A stretch of DNA of 64,000 nucleotides from Candidatus Micrarchaeia archaeon (GCA_038886535.1 JAVZXS010000002.1:182151-246150), one strand, 5' to 3'. Numbered from the stretch's first letter, positions 30,112 through 40,148 are shown. Made by a program: numbers and translations. The notes: generated from the letters alone by a model not told the origin.

Positions 30112-30153
30112 TTTTTTTAGATTTTTATTTATATTTTTATATCGGCGTGTCTT

Positions 30154-30963
30154 ATGGTAAAAAGATCAATAAAAATAAAAGGTAAATCTGCAAAAAGCAA
30201 ACTTACTCATTCTAATTCTTCAAAGAAGGAATACAGCCTTTATAAGCTTATAACAGCTAGGAACATAGGCGCATTGACTGAAAAAGAACAGGATATTCTT
30301 TTTAATGCAAAGATTGCAGTTGTTGGCTGCGGTGGCCTTGGTGGAATTGCTATAGATCTCCTTGCAAGGGCAGGAGTAGGAAATCTGACCATTGCAGATG
30401 GAGATGTATTTGAAATTTCAAATCTAAATAGGCAGATCTTTAGCAGCTATTCAGTGATTGGCAAAAAGAAAGTAGATATAATAAAGAAAAGAGTCTTAGA
30501 TATTTCTCCTTCAATTAAGATTAAAACCTATGACAAATTTGTTGATTCAGAAGAAGCAGCATTTAATCTATTGAAAGGACATGATTTAGTAGTTGATGGC
30601 TTAGACAATGTTCTTTCAAGAATCTATCTTTCAAGAGCAGCAAAGGACCTGCAGATACCATATGTCTTCGGTGCAGCAGAAAAGACAAGAGGCTATTCAA
30701 CTATATTTCTTCCAAAAGGCCAGAGCTATGAATCAATATTCATGCTTCCTTCAAACGGTAAGAGAATAGATGAAAAGCTGAAAGAAAGATTACAAAAGGC
30801 AGGCGGATGCTATTCCATACTCGGTATAACTGCAAATATCATAGGTTCAATAGAGGCAATGCAGACAATCAATCTTCTCTTAAATAAGCCTTATGTGCGT
30901 GCACCAGAATTTATTCACATTTCTTTATTTGATTCAGTTCCATTTAGAGTTTCATCCCTCTAA
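30154..30963 (+). CDS. ThiF/MoeB/UbaA E1-like adenylyltransferase
   Basis: VVGCGGLG, DGDVFEISNLNRQ, DGLDN...R; Zn CxxC motifs absent, one Cys in GGCYSILG. Confidence 0.9.
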   Translation: MVKRSIKIKGKSAKSKLTHSNSSKKEYSLYKLITARNIGALTEKEQDILFNAKIAVVGCGGLGGIAIDLLARAGVGNLTIADGDVFEISNLNRQIFSSYSVIGKKKVDIIKKRVLDISPSIKIKTYDKFVDSEEAAFNLLKGHDLVVDGLDNVLSRIYLSRAAKDLQIPYVFGAAEKTRGYSTIFLPKGQSYESIFMLPSNGKRIDEKLKERLQKAGGCYSILGITANIIGSIEAMQTINLLLNKPYVRAPEFIHISLFDSVPFRVSSL

Positions 30964-31010
30964 TCTAAATGGCCTTTAATCTAAACAATAACATTTAAAC
31001 CAGTGATTTT

Positions 31011-31841
31011 ATGAAATTCGGCACAGCTGGAGTTCCAATCTCATGTGAAAAAAGAGATTCGATTTCTGGAATAGAATGTGTTTACAAATTAGGCTTAGAT
31101 GCATTTGAGTTAGAATTCGTGCATGGATGTAGGATGAGTGAAGAAAGTGCGAAGGAGGCAGGACAGATTGCTAAAAAATATAACATAGTTCTAAGCGCAC
31201 ACGCTTCATATTATTTGAATCTGCTTTCTGAAGAGAAGCTGAAATATAAGAAAACAGTAGATGAAATAATCAAAACAGCAAAGATACTTGATATTGCAGG
31301 AGGGGATAGATTAGTTTTTCATCCTGGTTTTTTCTTGAAGATGAGTCATGATAAGGCTTATGAGCGAATGAAAAGAGAGTTTAAGTCTCTTGCTAAGCAG
31401 ATAAAAGAGAATAATTTTAATGTTCATCTTGCTCCAGAGACAACTGGAAAACCAACTGCATTCGGTTCATTTGAAGATCTTTATTCTCTTGCAGAAGAGA
31501 TCGGATACGATTTAATAAGGCCAACAATTGATTGGGCACATATACATGCAAGAGAGAATGGAAGGTTTAAGACAAAAGAAGATTATGTTAAGGTATTGGA
31601 GTTTGTAGAAAAGAAAACAGGAAAAGAGGGATTAAGGACGCTTCATTGTCACATGTCATCCATCAACTTCACTTCAAAAGGAGAGCGAAATCACCTTACG
31701 ATGGATAATGACATTCCTCCAGTCAAACCGCTTTTTGAAGCATTGCATGAATTTAAATGTGATGGTGTGATAATCTCTGAATCGCCAAACATTGAAAAAG
31801 ATGCAATTTATATGAAGAAATTGTTCAACTCTATAAAGTAG
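31011..31841 (+). CDS. nfo: Endonuclease IV-like (AP endonuclease 2) TIM barrel
   Basis: SAHASYYLNL, VFHPG, PETTGK...FGS, IDWAH.HAR, GERNH, ISESP. Confidence 0.85.
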   Translation: MKFGTAGVPISCEKRDSISGIECVYKLGLDAFELEFVHGCRMSEESAKEAGQIAKKYNIVLSAHASYYLNLLSEEKLKYKKTVDEIIKTAKILDIAGGDRLVFHPGFFLKMSHDKAYERMKREFKSLAKQIKENNFNVHLAPETTGKPTAFGSFEDLYSLAEEIGYDLIRPTIDWAHIHARENGRFKTKEDYVKVLEFVEKKTGKEGLRTLHCHMSSINFTSKGERNHLTMDNDIPPVKPLFEALHEFKCDGVIISESPNIEKDAIYMKKLFNSIK

Positions 31842-31914
31842 CTATTAATATATTATTTACAGCTCAAATTTTGGTTTGACATCACTTTTTTAAATTATAT
31901 TACTAAATCATTTT

Positions 31915-33129
31915 ATGGCAAAGAAAATCAAATCTTCTGGCAATTCTAGATCAATAGGTCCAAAAAGGCCTAGATCTTTAATTTCAAAACGCATTCCTGA
32001 GAGCAGGGATGAAAAAAGAGATCTTATTTTCATGGATTATGCATCGTCTACACCAATACGGGAAGAAGTTTTGGAGGCGATGCAACCATATCTTAAAAAT
32101 AAATTTGGAAATCCATCTTCTCTCCATTATTATGGCCGTGAAGCAAAGCTGGCAATAGAAGAATCAAAGGAAATAATTGCAAAGACAATCAATGCATCCC
32201 CAGAGGAAATCATTTTCACCTCAGGTTCAACAGAATCTTCAGTTCTTGCAATAAGAGGAGTAGCCAAAGCAAAGATTGCATATGGTAGTCACATATTATC
32301 CTCAGCGATAGAGCACGATCCAGTATTTTCAACATGTAAATCACTGGTTACAGAAGGTTATACTCTTTCAAGTCTTCTTGTAGATGTAGATGGAATGATA
32401 AGCATAGCGGATTTAAGATCAAAGATAACTCCAAAGACAATACTTGTATCTATACAGCATTCAAACGGAGAGATAGGAACAATTCAGCAAATAGAAGATG
32501 TGGGAAGAATAACAAAAGAAAAAAACGTGACCTTACATACTGATGCAACATTTTCTTATGGCTGGGTTCCATTAGATGTCAAAAAGATGAATGTAGATTT
32601 AATGACATTTGATGCGCATCATTCCTATGGTCCTAAGGGGATTGGTGCACTTTATGTAAAGAATGGAACTCCTATCAAGCCGATTTTTCCAAATAGAGAG
32701 AACATTCTTCGACCAGGTACACTGAGTGTTGCATCTATAGTGGGTTTTGCTACTGCCGCAGAGTTAGCACATAAAGAAATGAACAAGAATCAAAAGAACC
32801 TGATCAAGCTTCAAAAGATGTTTATTGATTATGTGGAAGAAAACATAAAATTCGTGAAACTTAACGGTCATCTTACAAAAAGATTGCCAAATAATGTTAA
32901 CTTTAGCTTCAGTGGAATAACTGGTACTGAACTTGTTAAGCAACTTGAGGAGAAAGGATTTATCACCTCAACTTGCATAGATTGCAGGGTTCTTGAGGCA
33001 ATAGGTGTCAAAGGAGAGAAATTTACTGGATCCGTAAGATTCACATTTGGAAAAGACACTAGTCAGGAAGAAGTAAAAAGATTATCTATAACGTTGAAAT
33101 CACTTGTGGAAAAAGCGAGACATAGCTAA
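31915..33129 (+). CDS. IscS/NifS-like protein lacking the PLP lysine
   Basis: DYASSTP, FGNPSSLH, FTSGSTES, NGEIGTIQ retained; DAHHSYGPKG replaces SxHKxxGPKG. Confidence 0.85.
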   Translation: MAKKIKSSGNSRSIGPKRPRSLISKRIPESRDEKRDLIFMDYASSTPIREEVLEAMQPYLKNKFGNPSSLHYYGREAKLAIEESKEIIAKTINASPEEIIFTSGSTESSVLAIRGVAKAKIAYGSHILSSAIEHDPVFSTCKSLVTEGYTLSSLLVDVDGMISIADLRSKITPKTILVSIQHSNGEIGTIQQIEDVGRITKEKNVTLHTDATFSYGWVPLDVKKMNVDLMTFDAHHSYGPKGIGALYVKNGTPIKPIFPNRENILRPGTLSVASIVGFATAAELAHKEMNKNQKNLIKLQKMFIDYVEENIKFVKLNGHLTKRLPNNVNFSFSGITGTELVKQLEEKGFITSTCIDCRVLEAIGVKGEKFTGSVRFTFGKDTSQEEVKRLSITLKSLVEKARHS

Positions 33130-33177
33130 TATCTTTAATTTTTTATTTTAGTTTAATTTTAGATAATTTGTGATTTA

Positions 33178-35283
33178 ATGATTGGAATAAAGAAAGTTCA
33201 AAAGAGAGATGGTTCAATAGTAAAATTCGATCAATCTAAAATCACAAATGCAGTTTACAAAGCAACGGAAGCCGCAAAAACACCAGATATGAAACTTGCA
33301 CAAAAGATTTCAGATAGAGTTGTTAAAAAGCTCTCTGCCGTCTTTAAAAACAAGATACCTTCAGTTGAAGAGATACAAGACATAGTTGTAGAAGAACTTT
33401 TAAGGGAGAATAAAAAAATTGCAAAACTTTACATCAACTACAGAAGAGAAAGAGCAGAGATAAGAGAAAAGAAAAAAGTTCTTTTTGGAGTTTATGATGA
33501 TCTTAAATTGGATCTAAATGCAACTAAGGTATTGGCTTCAAGATATCTACAGAAAGACGTTAGCGGAAAAATCATCGAAACTCCAAAGCAAATGTTTAAG
33601 CGAGTCGCAAAGAAAATCGCAGAATCAGATCGAGTTTATGGAGAAGATGTGAAAAAATCAGAAAAAGTTTTCTATGAAATGATGAGCAATCTTGAATTTC
33701 TGCCAAATTCACCAACATTAATGAATGCAGGAACAAGATTAGGACAGCTTTCCGCATGTTTTGTGCTTCCAATAGATGATTCTTTAGAAAGTATTTTTGA
33801 GACATTGAAGCACGCAGCACTCATACATCAAAGCGGAGGAGGAACTGGTTTTTCATTTTCAAGGATTAGGCCAAAAGGTGACTTAGTACGTTCTACAATG
33901 TCAATCGCATCAGGTCCTGTTTCATTCATGAAGATATACGATGCGATGACAGAAACAATAAAGCAAGGGGGGAGAAGGCGCGGTGCAAACATGGGTGTTT
34001 TGAGATGCGATCATCCAGATATAATTGAATTTATCAATTCCAAAAAACAAGGTGGACTGAAAAACTTTAACATCTCAATCGCGGCTACAGATCGTTTCAT
34101 GAAAGCAGTTCAAAAAGATGACGATTATGAATTAATAAATCCAAGAACGGGGGAAGTAACAAAAACAATCTCTGCAAGAGAAGTGTTTAATCTTGCAGCT
34201 GAACAAGCATGGGAAATAGGCGATCCAGGAATTATATTTATAGATAGAATTAATAAATTACATCCATTAAGAAAAATTGGAGAAATAGAGGCTACAAATC
34301 CTTGTGGTGAGCAGCCTTTATTGCCATACGAATCTTGTAATCTAGGAAGTATAAACCTTACTAAATTCATACTTTCAGATGGAAGTGATTTTGATTGGGA
34401 TAGATTAGAAATTGCAATTCAAAATGCAGTGCATTTTTTAGACAATGTTATTGATGCAAATTCTATTCCTATTAGTGAAATAGATAGAGTTACAAAAGCA
34501 AATAGAAAGATAGGATTGGGTATAATGGGATGGGCGGATTCTCTCATTCTTCTTGGAATTAGATACGATAGTAAAGAAGCAATTTTAATGGCTGAAAAGC
34601 TGATGAGATTTATAAGACAGATATCATACAATACATCTACAGATCTTGCAACTAAAAGAGGAAGCTATCCAAACTTCAAATTTGCAATTTATCCATCCAG
34701 ATATAAACGATTAAGAAATGCAACATTAAATACCATTGCGCCAACAGGTTCGCTTTCAATAATTGCAGGTGTATCTTCTGGAATCGAGCCTTTATTTGCA
34801 GTTGCTTATTATAGACAAGTGCTAGAAAACATGAAGCTGATAGAGATAAATAGAATCTTTCATTCTATTTCTATTGAAAGAGGTTTCTATAGCAGATCAT
34901 TAATGGAAAAGATCTCACATGGTTTATCAATACAGAAAATGAGTGAAATTCCAAGAGATGTAAGAGATTTGTTTGTTACTGCTTATGATATTGAACCGAT
35001 ATGGCATTTAAAAATGCAAGCAGCTTTCCAAAAATATGTTGATAATGCAGTTTCAAAAACAATAAATCTGCCATATGACGCAACTGTAGATGAAGTTGAA
35101 GACATCTATCTTAAGGCATACGAATTAGGAATAAAGGGAATAACTGTTTATAGATATGGAAGCAAAGTAGAGCAAGTAATATACCTGGGTCTTCCAAAAG
35201 AAGTGGGCGAAGAACAGAAAAGAAAGGTCACTGTTTCTTCTGAATTCGCAGGCCATTGTTCATCAGGTATTTGCCAATTATGA
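33178..35283 (+). CDS. nrdJ: Class II (adenosylcobalamin-dependent) ribonucleotide reductase with ATP cone
   Basis: KRDG ATP cone, NSPTLMN, SACF, TNPCGEQPL, IAPTG, C-terminal CSSGIC. Confidence 0.94.
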   Translation: MIGIKKVQKRDGSIVKFDQSKITNAVYKATEAAKTPDMKLAQKISDRVVKKLSAVFKNKIPSVEEIQDIVVEELLRENKKIAKLYINYRRERAEIREKKKVLFGVYDDLKLDLNATKVLASRYLQKDVSGKIIETPKQMFKRVAKKIAESDRVYGEDVKKSEKVFYEMMSNLEFLPNSPTLMNAGTRLGQLSACFVLPIDDSLESIFETLKHAALIHQSGGGTGFSFSRIRPKGDLVRSTMSIASGPVSFMKIYDAMTETIKQGGRRRGANMGVLRCDHPDIIEFINSKKQGGLKNFNISIAATDRFMKAVQKDDDYELINPRTGEVTKTISAREVFNLAAEQAWEIGDPGIIFIDRINKLHPLRKIGEIEATNPCGEQPLLPYESCNLGSINLTKFILSDGSDFDWDRLEIAIQNAVHFLDNVIDANSIPISEIDRVTKANRKIGLGIMGWADSLILLGIRYDSKEAILMAEKLMRFIRQISYNTSTDLATKRGSYPNFKFAIYPSRYKRLRNATLNTIAPTGSLSIIAGVSSGIEPLFAVAYYRQVLENMKLIEINRIFHSISIERGFYSRSLMEKISHGLSIQKMSEIPRDVRDLFVTAYDIEPIWHLKMQAAFQKYVDNAVSKTINLPYDATVDEVEDIYLKAYELGIKGITVYRYGSKVEQVIYLGLPKEVGEEQKRKVTVSSEFAGHCSSGICQL

Positions 35284-35336
35284 TTTTTGAACCGAATAGT
35301 TTTTTTCTAAATTGATGTCTTTTCGTTTCTTTATGT

Positions 35337-35957
35337 TCATTCGGTTTCTTCCTCTTCTTTAGATTCTTTCCGTTTTTGATACCTGCCTCTCTTTTCTATT
35401 TCATCCATTTGTCCGATTATCTTTTCCCATCCTTTAAGATTTTTGTATCCTTCTAAAAAATATTTGAAATTTCTCCCTATAGATCTTTTCATTAATAAAA
35501 CATCTATTGCTCTCTCTTCTGGATCCTTTGAAAATTCTGCGAGACCAAAATCTATGATATATGGTTCATTTTTTATGAACATTACATTTGCAGGGGTGAA
35601 GTCACCATGTGTTATTCCTATTGAATGAAGCTTACAGAGTAGCTTTCCAACGTTTCTATAATCATTAGGAGAATTTTTTCGATCTTTCATTAATTTTCCT
35701 TCAAGCCTTTCAAGAATCAACTCGTATTTGCCGGCATGGTATATTTTAGGAACATTTATGCTATTTTTTAAGGCGTGAAGTATGCATCTTGCTTCTGTTT
35801 TGTTTCTCGTTTTTCTAAGTATTTCATCTAATTCACTTATTCTGTATTCCTTTTTATCTCTGATTTTTATAACAACAGGAAGACCAAATAAATCAGAGAA
35901 ATAGACCTTTGCTTCTGCGCCTCTGCTTTTGTAATTCCTTTGTTTACTTTGGCTCAC
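35337..35957 (-). CDS. bud32: KEOPS kinase Bud32
   Basis: RGAEA, K.R..K.YR...LD, HGDFTPAN, IDFGL, RGRY; GTG start overlaps the DAC stop (GTGA). Confidence 0.93.
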   Translation of the reverse strand: MSQSKQRNYKSRGAEAKVYFSDLFGLPVVIKIRDKKEYRISELDEILRKTRNKTEARCILHALKNSINVPKIYHAGKYELILERLEGKLMKDRKNSPNDYRNVGKLLCKLHSIGITHGDFTPANVMFIKNEPYIIDFGLAEFSKDPEERAIDVLLMKRSIGRNFKYFLEGYKNLKGWEKIIGQMDEIEKRGRYQKRKESKEEEETE

Positions 35958-36649
35958 TCTTCTCCCTTCTTTTCTTTGAGAACGGTCGGTCCCCTCTTTA
36001 GAAATTCACCCAAGCTTCTTGCACCACTTTTTGTTATAATATAAGAACCTGTGAATACTATTGCTGCAACAAATGGATTCAATCCTAGTGCCAATGCACC
36101 TATGCTTCCTCCACCTATCAATGGCAGAGAGGGCGAAGTGAGCAACTCAGCTATTTTTTCACTTAAAGTAGGTGGTGTTTTAGTGAATGGATTTATCTCT
36201 ATTAACGTCTTTCCATTCTTCATAATTCTTACAGCACCATCCTCTTCACTTGAGATTATAGAAAGAGTTCCTGGCACTTCAGATATCCCAAGCGCAGCGC
36301 TATGTCTTGTGCCATGTCCTTTGTAATGTTTTGTCTTTTTAATTTGAGCGCCATATGCAATAAGATATCCGTCTTCATCGATTATTATTGCACCATCAAG
36401 TTCAGCAAGCTTCCTTATAACTGGAAGGATTCTCTGATTATTTATTTTGACTTTTGTTTTTTCCAATATATCAGTGTATAACCATGAATAGTACGGTTTA
36501 AGATTTCTATTAGTGATTATGAAGAATGAACCTTTTTTTTCCTGTCCGAATTCCATTGCGAGATCAATCACTAATTTAACTATATTCTTTTCTAAGTCTA
36601 TATCATTGATTATTTTTTCTTTCACTTTTTTATCTACCATTATTTCCAC
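35954..36649 (-). CDS. Diadenylate cyclase (DisA_N/DAC domain) with C-terminal hydrophobic segment
   Basis: LAELDGAIII, HGTRHSAALGIS, SSEEDG motifs. Confidence 0.88.
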   Translation of the reverse strand: MEIMVDKKVKEKIINDIDLEKNIVKLVIDLAMEFGQEKKGSFFIITNRNLKPYYSWLYTDILEKTKVKINNQRILPVIRKLAELDGAIIIDEDGYLIAYGAQIKKTKHYKGHGTRHSAALGISEVPGTLSIISSEEDGAVRIMKNGKTLIEINPFTKTPPTLSEKIAELLTSPSLPLIGGGSIGALALGLNPFVAAIVFTGSYIITKSGARSLGEFLKRGPTVLKEKKGEE

Positions 36650-36744
36650 CTATATTTCTTCAATTTTAATTTGAATTGGTCGTATAATTAATTAGTAGAC
36701 AAATGTATATAAACTTTAATGCAATTTTTTCTAAAACTTGCAAG

Positions 36745-37743
36745 CTATTGCCATTTTATTAAAAATTCATCGGTTCTAAACTTAGGCTTTGGAAGTATTT
36801 TGTTGGGAGAGAGAAGATATTTTCTTTGTTTTTTTTCATCCAATTTTGATATTAGATATCCCACATATGCAATCATTCCACCATTATCTGCATTGAATTC
36901 ATTTGGTGCTACTCCGAATTTACAGTTCCATTCTTTCGCCATATCTGAGAGCATTTTTTGCAATCTTTTATTTTGCGCAACTCCCCCGCAGATTGTTATT
37001 TCTTTTTTTTCAGTCAATGCAAGGGCTCTTTCTGTTATTTCACATAATGCTGCATATGATGTTTCTTGCAATGAATAACATATGTCTTCTATTTTCTCCT
37101 TTCCTATTAATTTTTCTGAATGTGTCAATATCCCGCTGAAAGAAGCATCCATTCCCTTTACAGAATATGGCATCATTATGTACTTCTTTCCATTCAGGGC
37201 TTTTTCTTCCACATCTTTTGCATTTTTTAATCCCGCAGATCTTGCAAATGTATCTAGCATGTTTCCAATTCCAACATCAAGAGTTTCTCCGAGAATATGA
37301 TATCTATTTTCCTTCTTAATAAGTATCTGTGTATTTCCGCCGCTTACATAAAGAACAAGGGGATCTTTAAATCCAGTGAAATACTTAGAGATTTCTATAT
37401 GTGCAACACAGTGGTTAACACCTACAACTGGTTTATTAAATGAAATCGCAAGTGTTCTTGCTGCTATTGAGGATATTCTTAGACAAGGCCCGATTCCAGG
37501 TCCTTGAGAAAATGCTATTAAATCAACATCTTTTAATTTAATTCCAGCTTTTTTAAGAGCTGCTTCCATTACTTCTTGGAATGCATCTGCATGATGGTCT
37601 GCTGTCTTTCTTGGATGGATTCCATACTCAAAAAGCATACTTTTTTCGTTTGCAATTATTCTTCCATTTTTTACTATACCTATTCCTAGTGTATGCGCAG
37701 TGCTTTCAATTCCTAGTACTATTTTTGTTGTATTCGGTTTCAT
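36745..37743 (-). CDS. kae1: KEOPS t6A transferase Kae1
   Basis: LGIESTAHT, GPGIG, NHCVAH, VSGGNTQ, GGVAQN, DNGGMI. Confidence 0.96.
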   Translation of the reverse strand: MKPNTTKIVLGIESTAHTLGIGIVKNGRIIANEKSMLFEYGIHPRKTADHHADAFQEVMEAALKKAGIKLKDVDLIAFSQGPGIGPCLRISSIAARTLAISFNKPVVGVNHCVAHIEISKYFTGFKDPLVLYVSGGNTQILIKKENRYHILGETLDVGIGNMLDTFARSAGLKNAKDVEEKALNGKKYIMMPYSVKGMDASFSGILTHSEKLIGKEKIEDICYSLQETSYAALCEITERALALTEKKEITICGGVAQNKRLQKMLSDMAKEWNCKFGVAPNEFNADNGGMIAYVGYLISKLDEKKQRKYLLSPNKILPKPKFRTDEFLIKWQ

Positions 37744-37803
37744 GTCTATCTATTCATCTTTAATCCGAGCAATTTAAAATTGTTTTCTGATTTATTTATA
37801 TTA

Positions 37804-37870
37804 GATGATGACAATGGATGAATCTGAGTCCTAGCTTGCTGGGGCAGTGACGAATGATTGGCGGTCTGAT
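37804..37870 (+). ncRNA. Box C/D methylation-guide sRNA
   Basis: C ATGATGA 37805-11; 12-nt guide; D' CTGA 37824-27; hairpin GTCCTAG-CTTG-CTGGGGC; C' GTGACGA 37847-53; 12-nt guide; D CTGA 37866-69. Confidence 0.88.
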
Positions 37871-37929
37871 AAATTAAATCAATTTAGATATTATTATATC
37901 TTTAAATTTCTTTTTGTCAATATAACTTC

Positions 37930-39510
37930 ATGCTATTCGAATTGATATTTATTCTTGCAGGAGTTGCAATATTCATTTATAGTATTGAGCAGCTTAGTGA
38001 TCAGCTCCTGCGAGTTTCAAAAGAAAGACTTAAAGAAATACTTCAAAGATTTACAGACAAACCTCTAAAGGCATTAGGGACAGGTTTGATAGTAACTGCA
38101 GTTATTCAATCAAGCACTGCAACTACTTCTATCTTAGTTTCTCTCGTCAATGCAGGTTTGATATCTTTTGAGCAGAGTCTTGGTGTTATAGCAGGTGCAC
38201 ATATAGGAACAACAGTTACAGCACAACTTGTTGCGTTTAGGTTTATGTGGTTTGCGCCTATTTTTATATTATTGGGATTCCTATTAAGTTTGTTCCAGAG
38301 ATACAACTTGCTAGGAAAGTCAATCTTCCTTTTTGGTCTTGTGTTTTTTGCACTCTCTATAATCTCAGAAGCAACAACGCCATTTAAAGAGAGCCAAGAA
38401 TTAAAGGACTTGCTTGTTTCTTTAGACAATCCATTATATTCTATTATTGCAGGCATTGTTTTAACCCTAATACTTCAATCCAGCTCAATAGTCACTGCAC
38501 TTGCAGTTCTGCTTACAATGGAAGGTTTAATTCCTGTATCTATTTCAATTCCATTGGTGTTGGGAAGTAACATAGGAACAACATCTACAGTTTTATTTGT
38601 TTCAAAGAATATGGACATATATGCAAAGAGGACTGCATATGCACACTTTCTTTTCAGCACTGTAGGTGTCATTCTTATATATCCATTTCTTACTGACTTC
38701 ACTTCTTTTGTAAATTCTATAAGTTTGAATGAAGGTTCAGCGGTTGCAAATGCACATACAATATTCAATGTAATAATGGCTGCCGTTTTCTTAATTTCAT
38801 TACCTGTTTTCATAAAATTAATAGAGAAATTAACTCCAACTACCGAAAAGCAGATTCTTTTCATGCCTAAGCATATAAAAAGAATACCAAGAGATACGGA
38901 TCTCGCAATAGAAAAGATAAAGTTGGAACTTGTCAATCATTTGCAAATCTCTAAAGAGATGTTTACGATAGCAACAGATATGATAGCAAATAAGGACATC
39001 TCAAAATTGCAAACAATAGAGAAGTATGAATCTTTAAGCGATTATTTGGATTCTAAGATAACCAATGCGCTTGTTGAGCTCTCTCAAAGAAATCTTACAG
39101 AAAAGCAATCTTCGCAGATCGTTCTTCTTTCAAAAATCTCAAATGAAATTGAAAGATTGGCAGACGCTGCGCATGATTATGCGTATATCACGCAAAAACT
39201 AAATGAAAACAATTTAGAGTTTTCAAAAGACTCTATCAGGGACATATTAAAAATAAAGTTCGCTCTGGATGAAATTTATGATTTTGTTGAATTCAATTTC
39301 AATTCGATTAATTCTTCAAAACTATCAAAGATAATCAAGATGAGAAAAAATGTAGATAAGCTTATATCCTCTTCGCATAGATTAAGAATTAAACTGCTTT
39401 CAGATGAAAAGATCGGTACGTACTCCACTGTTTTATTTATTGATGCAATTTCTTTTTTTGAGGAAGCAGTTTCAGTTTTGGTAAGAATATCAAAGAATCT
39501 AAAAACGTAA
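37930..39510 (+). CDS. Na+/Pi cotransporter (NptA/YjbB) with PhoU-like C-terminus
   Basis: Two QSS repeats, G(A/S)(H/N)IGTT twice, helical PhoU-like tail (EIERLAD). Confidence 0.92.
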   Translation: MLFELIFILAGVAIFIYSIEQLSDQLLRVSKERLKEILQRFTDKPLKALGTGLIVTAVIQSSTATTSILVSLVNAGLISFEQSLGVIAGAHIGTTVTAQLVAFRFMWFAPIFILLGFLLSLFQRYNLLGKSIFLFGLVFFALSIISEATTPFKESQELKDLLVSLDNPLYSIIAGIVLTLILQSSSIVTALAVLLTMEGLIPVSISIPLVLGSNIGTTSTVLFVSKNMDIYAKRTAYAHFLFSTVGVILIYPFLTDFTSFVNSISLNEGSAVANAHTIFNVIMAAVFLISLPVFIKLIEKLTPTTEKQILFMPKHIKRIPRDTDLAIEKIKLELVNHLQISKEMFTIATDMIANKDISKLQTIEKYESLSDYLDSKITNALVELSQRNLTEKQSSQIVLLSKISNEIERLADAAHDYAYITQKLNENNLEFSKDSIRDILKIKFALDEIYDFVEFNFNSINSSKLSKIIKMRKNVDKLISSSHRLRIKLLSDEKIGTYSTVLFIDAISFFEEAVSVLVRISKNLKT

Positions 39511-39557
39511 TATTATAAGATAATATTTTCAAGTATTTTATGGTTGTTTAATGAAGA

Positions 39558-40148
39558 TTAGTAATCGACCCCCCATCTTGCAAGAATTCCTTTGTCAAAT
39601 GGGTGCTTTATTTTTTTAACTTCGCTAACTAAATCAGCGATTTCTATTATTTTTTGAGGGGGCTTAAAGCCAGTTAGAATAACCTCTGTATGCTTATTTT
39701 TTTTCTTTAAAATATCAACTATTTCATCGTATCTGAAATGCCCAAAGGCAGCTGCAGTATTTATCTCGTCTAAAATAACTAAATCATATTTTCCTGAAGA
39801 AAGAAGTTTTTCGCTTAGTTTCAATCCTTTCTTAGAATTTTCAATTATGTGTTCATCATATTCAAAATAAATCTTAGTAATTTTTGCTTTTCCATCTCTT
39901 ACAAGTTTATCATATTCTTTTCCAGCAGAAGGTCCCAATTCGAATATTTTTATCTTGTGTTTTTTAAGATAATTAAATTCTCCACTTATTCCTCCATCTT
40001 TAAGGAATTGAACTACTGCAACTTTTAATCCATGCCCAGCTGCCCTGATTGCAGTTCCAATCGCTGCGCTTGTTTTTCCCCTTCCATTTCCATAAAATAC
40101 CTGGATCAATCCAATTTCTAATCTTTTCTTTTTATTACTTTTTCCCAT
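39558..40148 (-). CDS. btuR: Cob(I)alamin adenosyltransferase (CobA/BtuR/CobO)
   Basis: YGNGRGKTSAA.G...RA.G.G, QFLK, DLVILDEI, KHPFDKG. Confidence 0.93.
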   Translation of the reverse strand: MGKSNKKKRLEIGLIQVFYGNGRGKTSAAIGTAIRAAGHGLKVAVVQFLKDGGISGEFNYLKKHKIKIFELGPSAGKEYDKLVRDGKAKITKIYFEYDEHIIENSKKGLKLSEKLLSSGKYDLVILDEINTAAAFGHFRYDEIVDILKKKNKHTEVILTGFKPPQKIIEIADLVSEVKKIKHPFDKGILARWGVDY

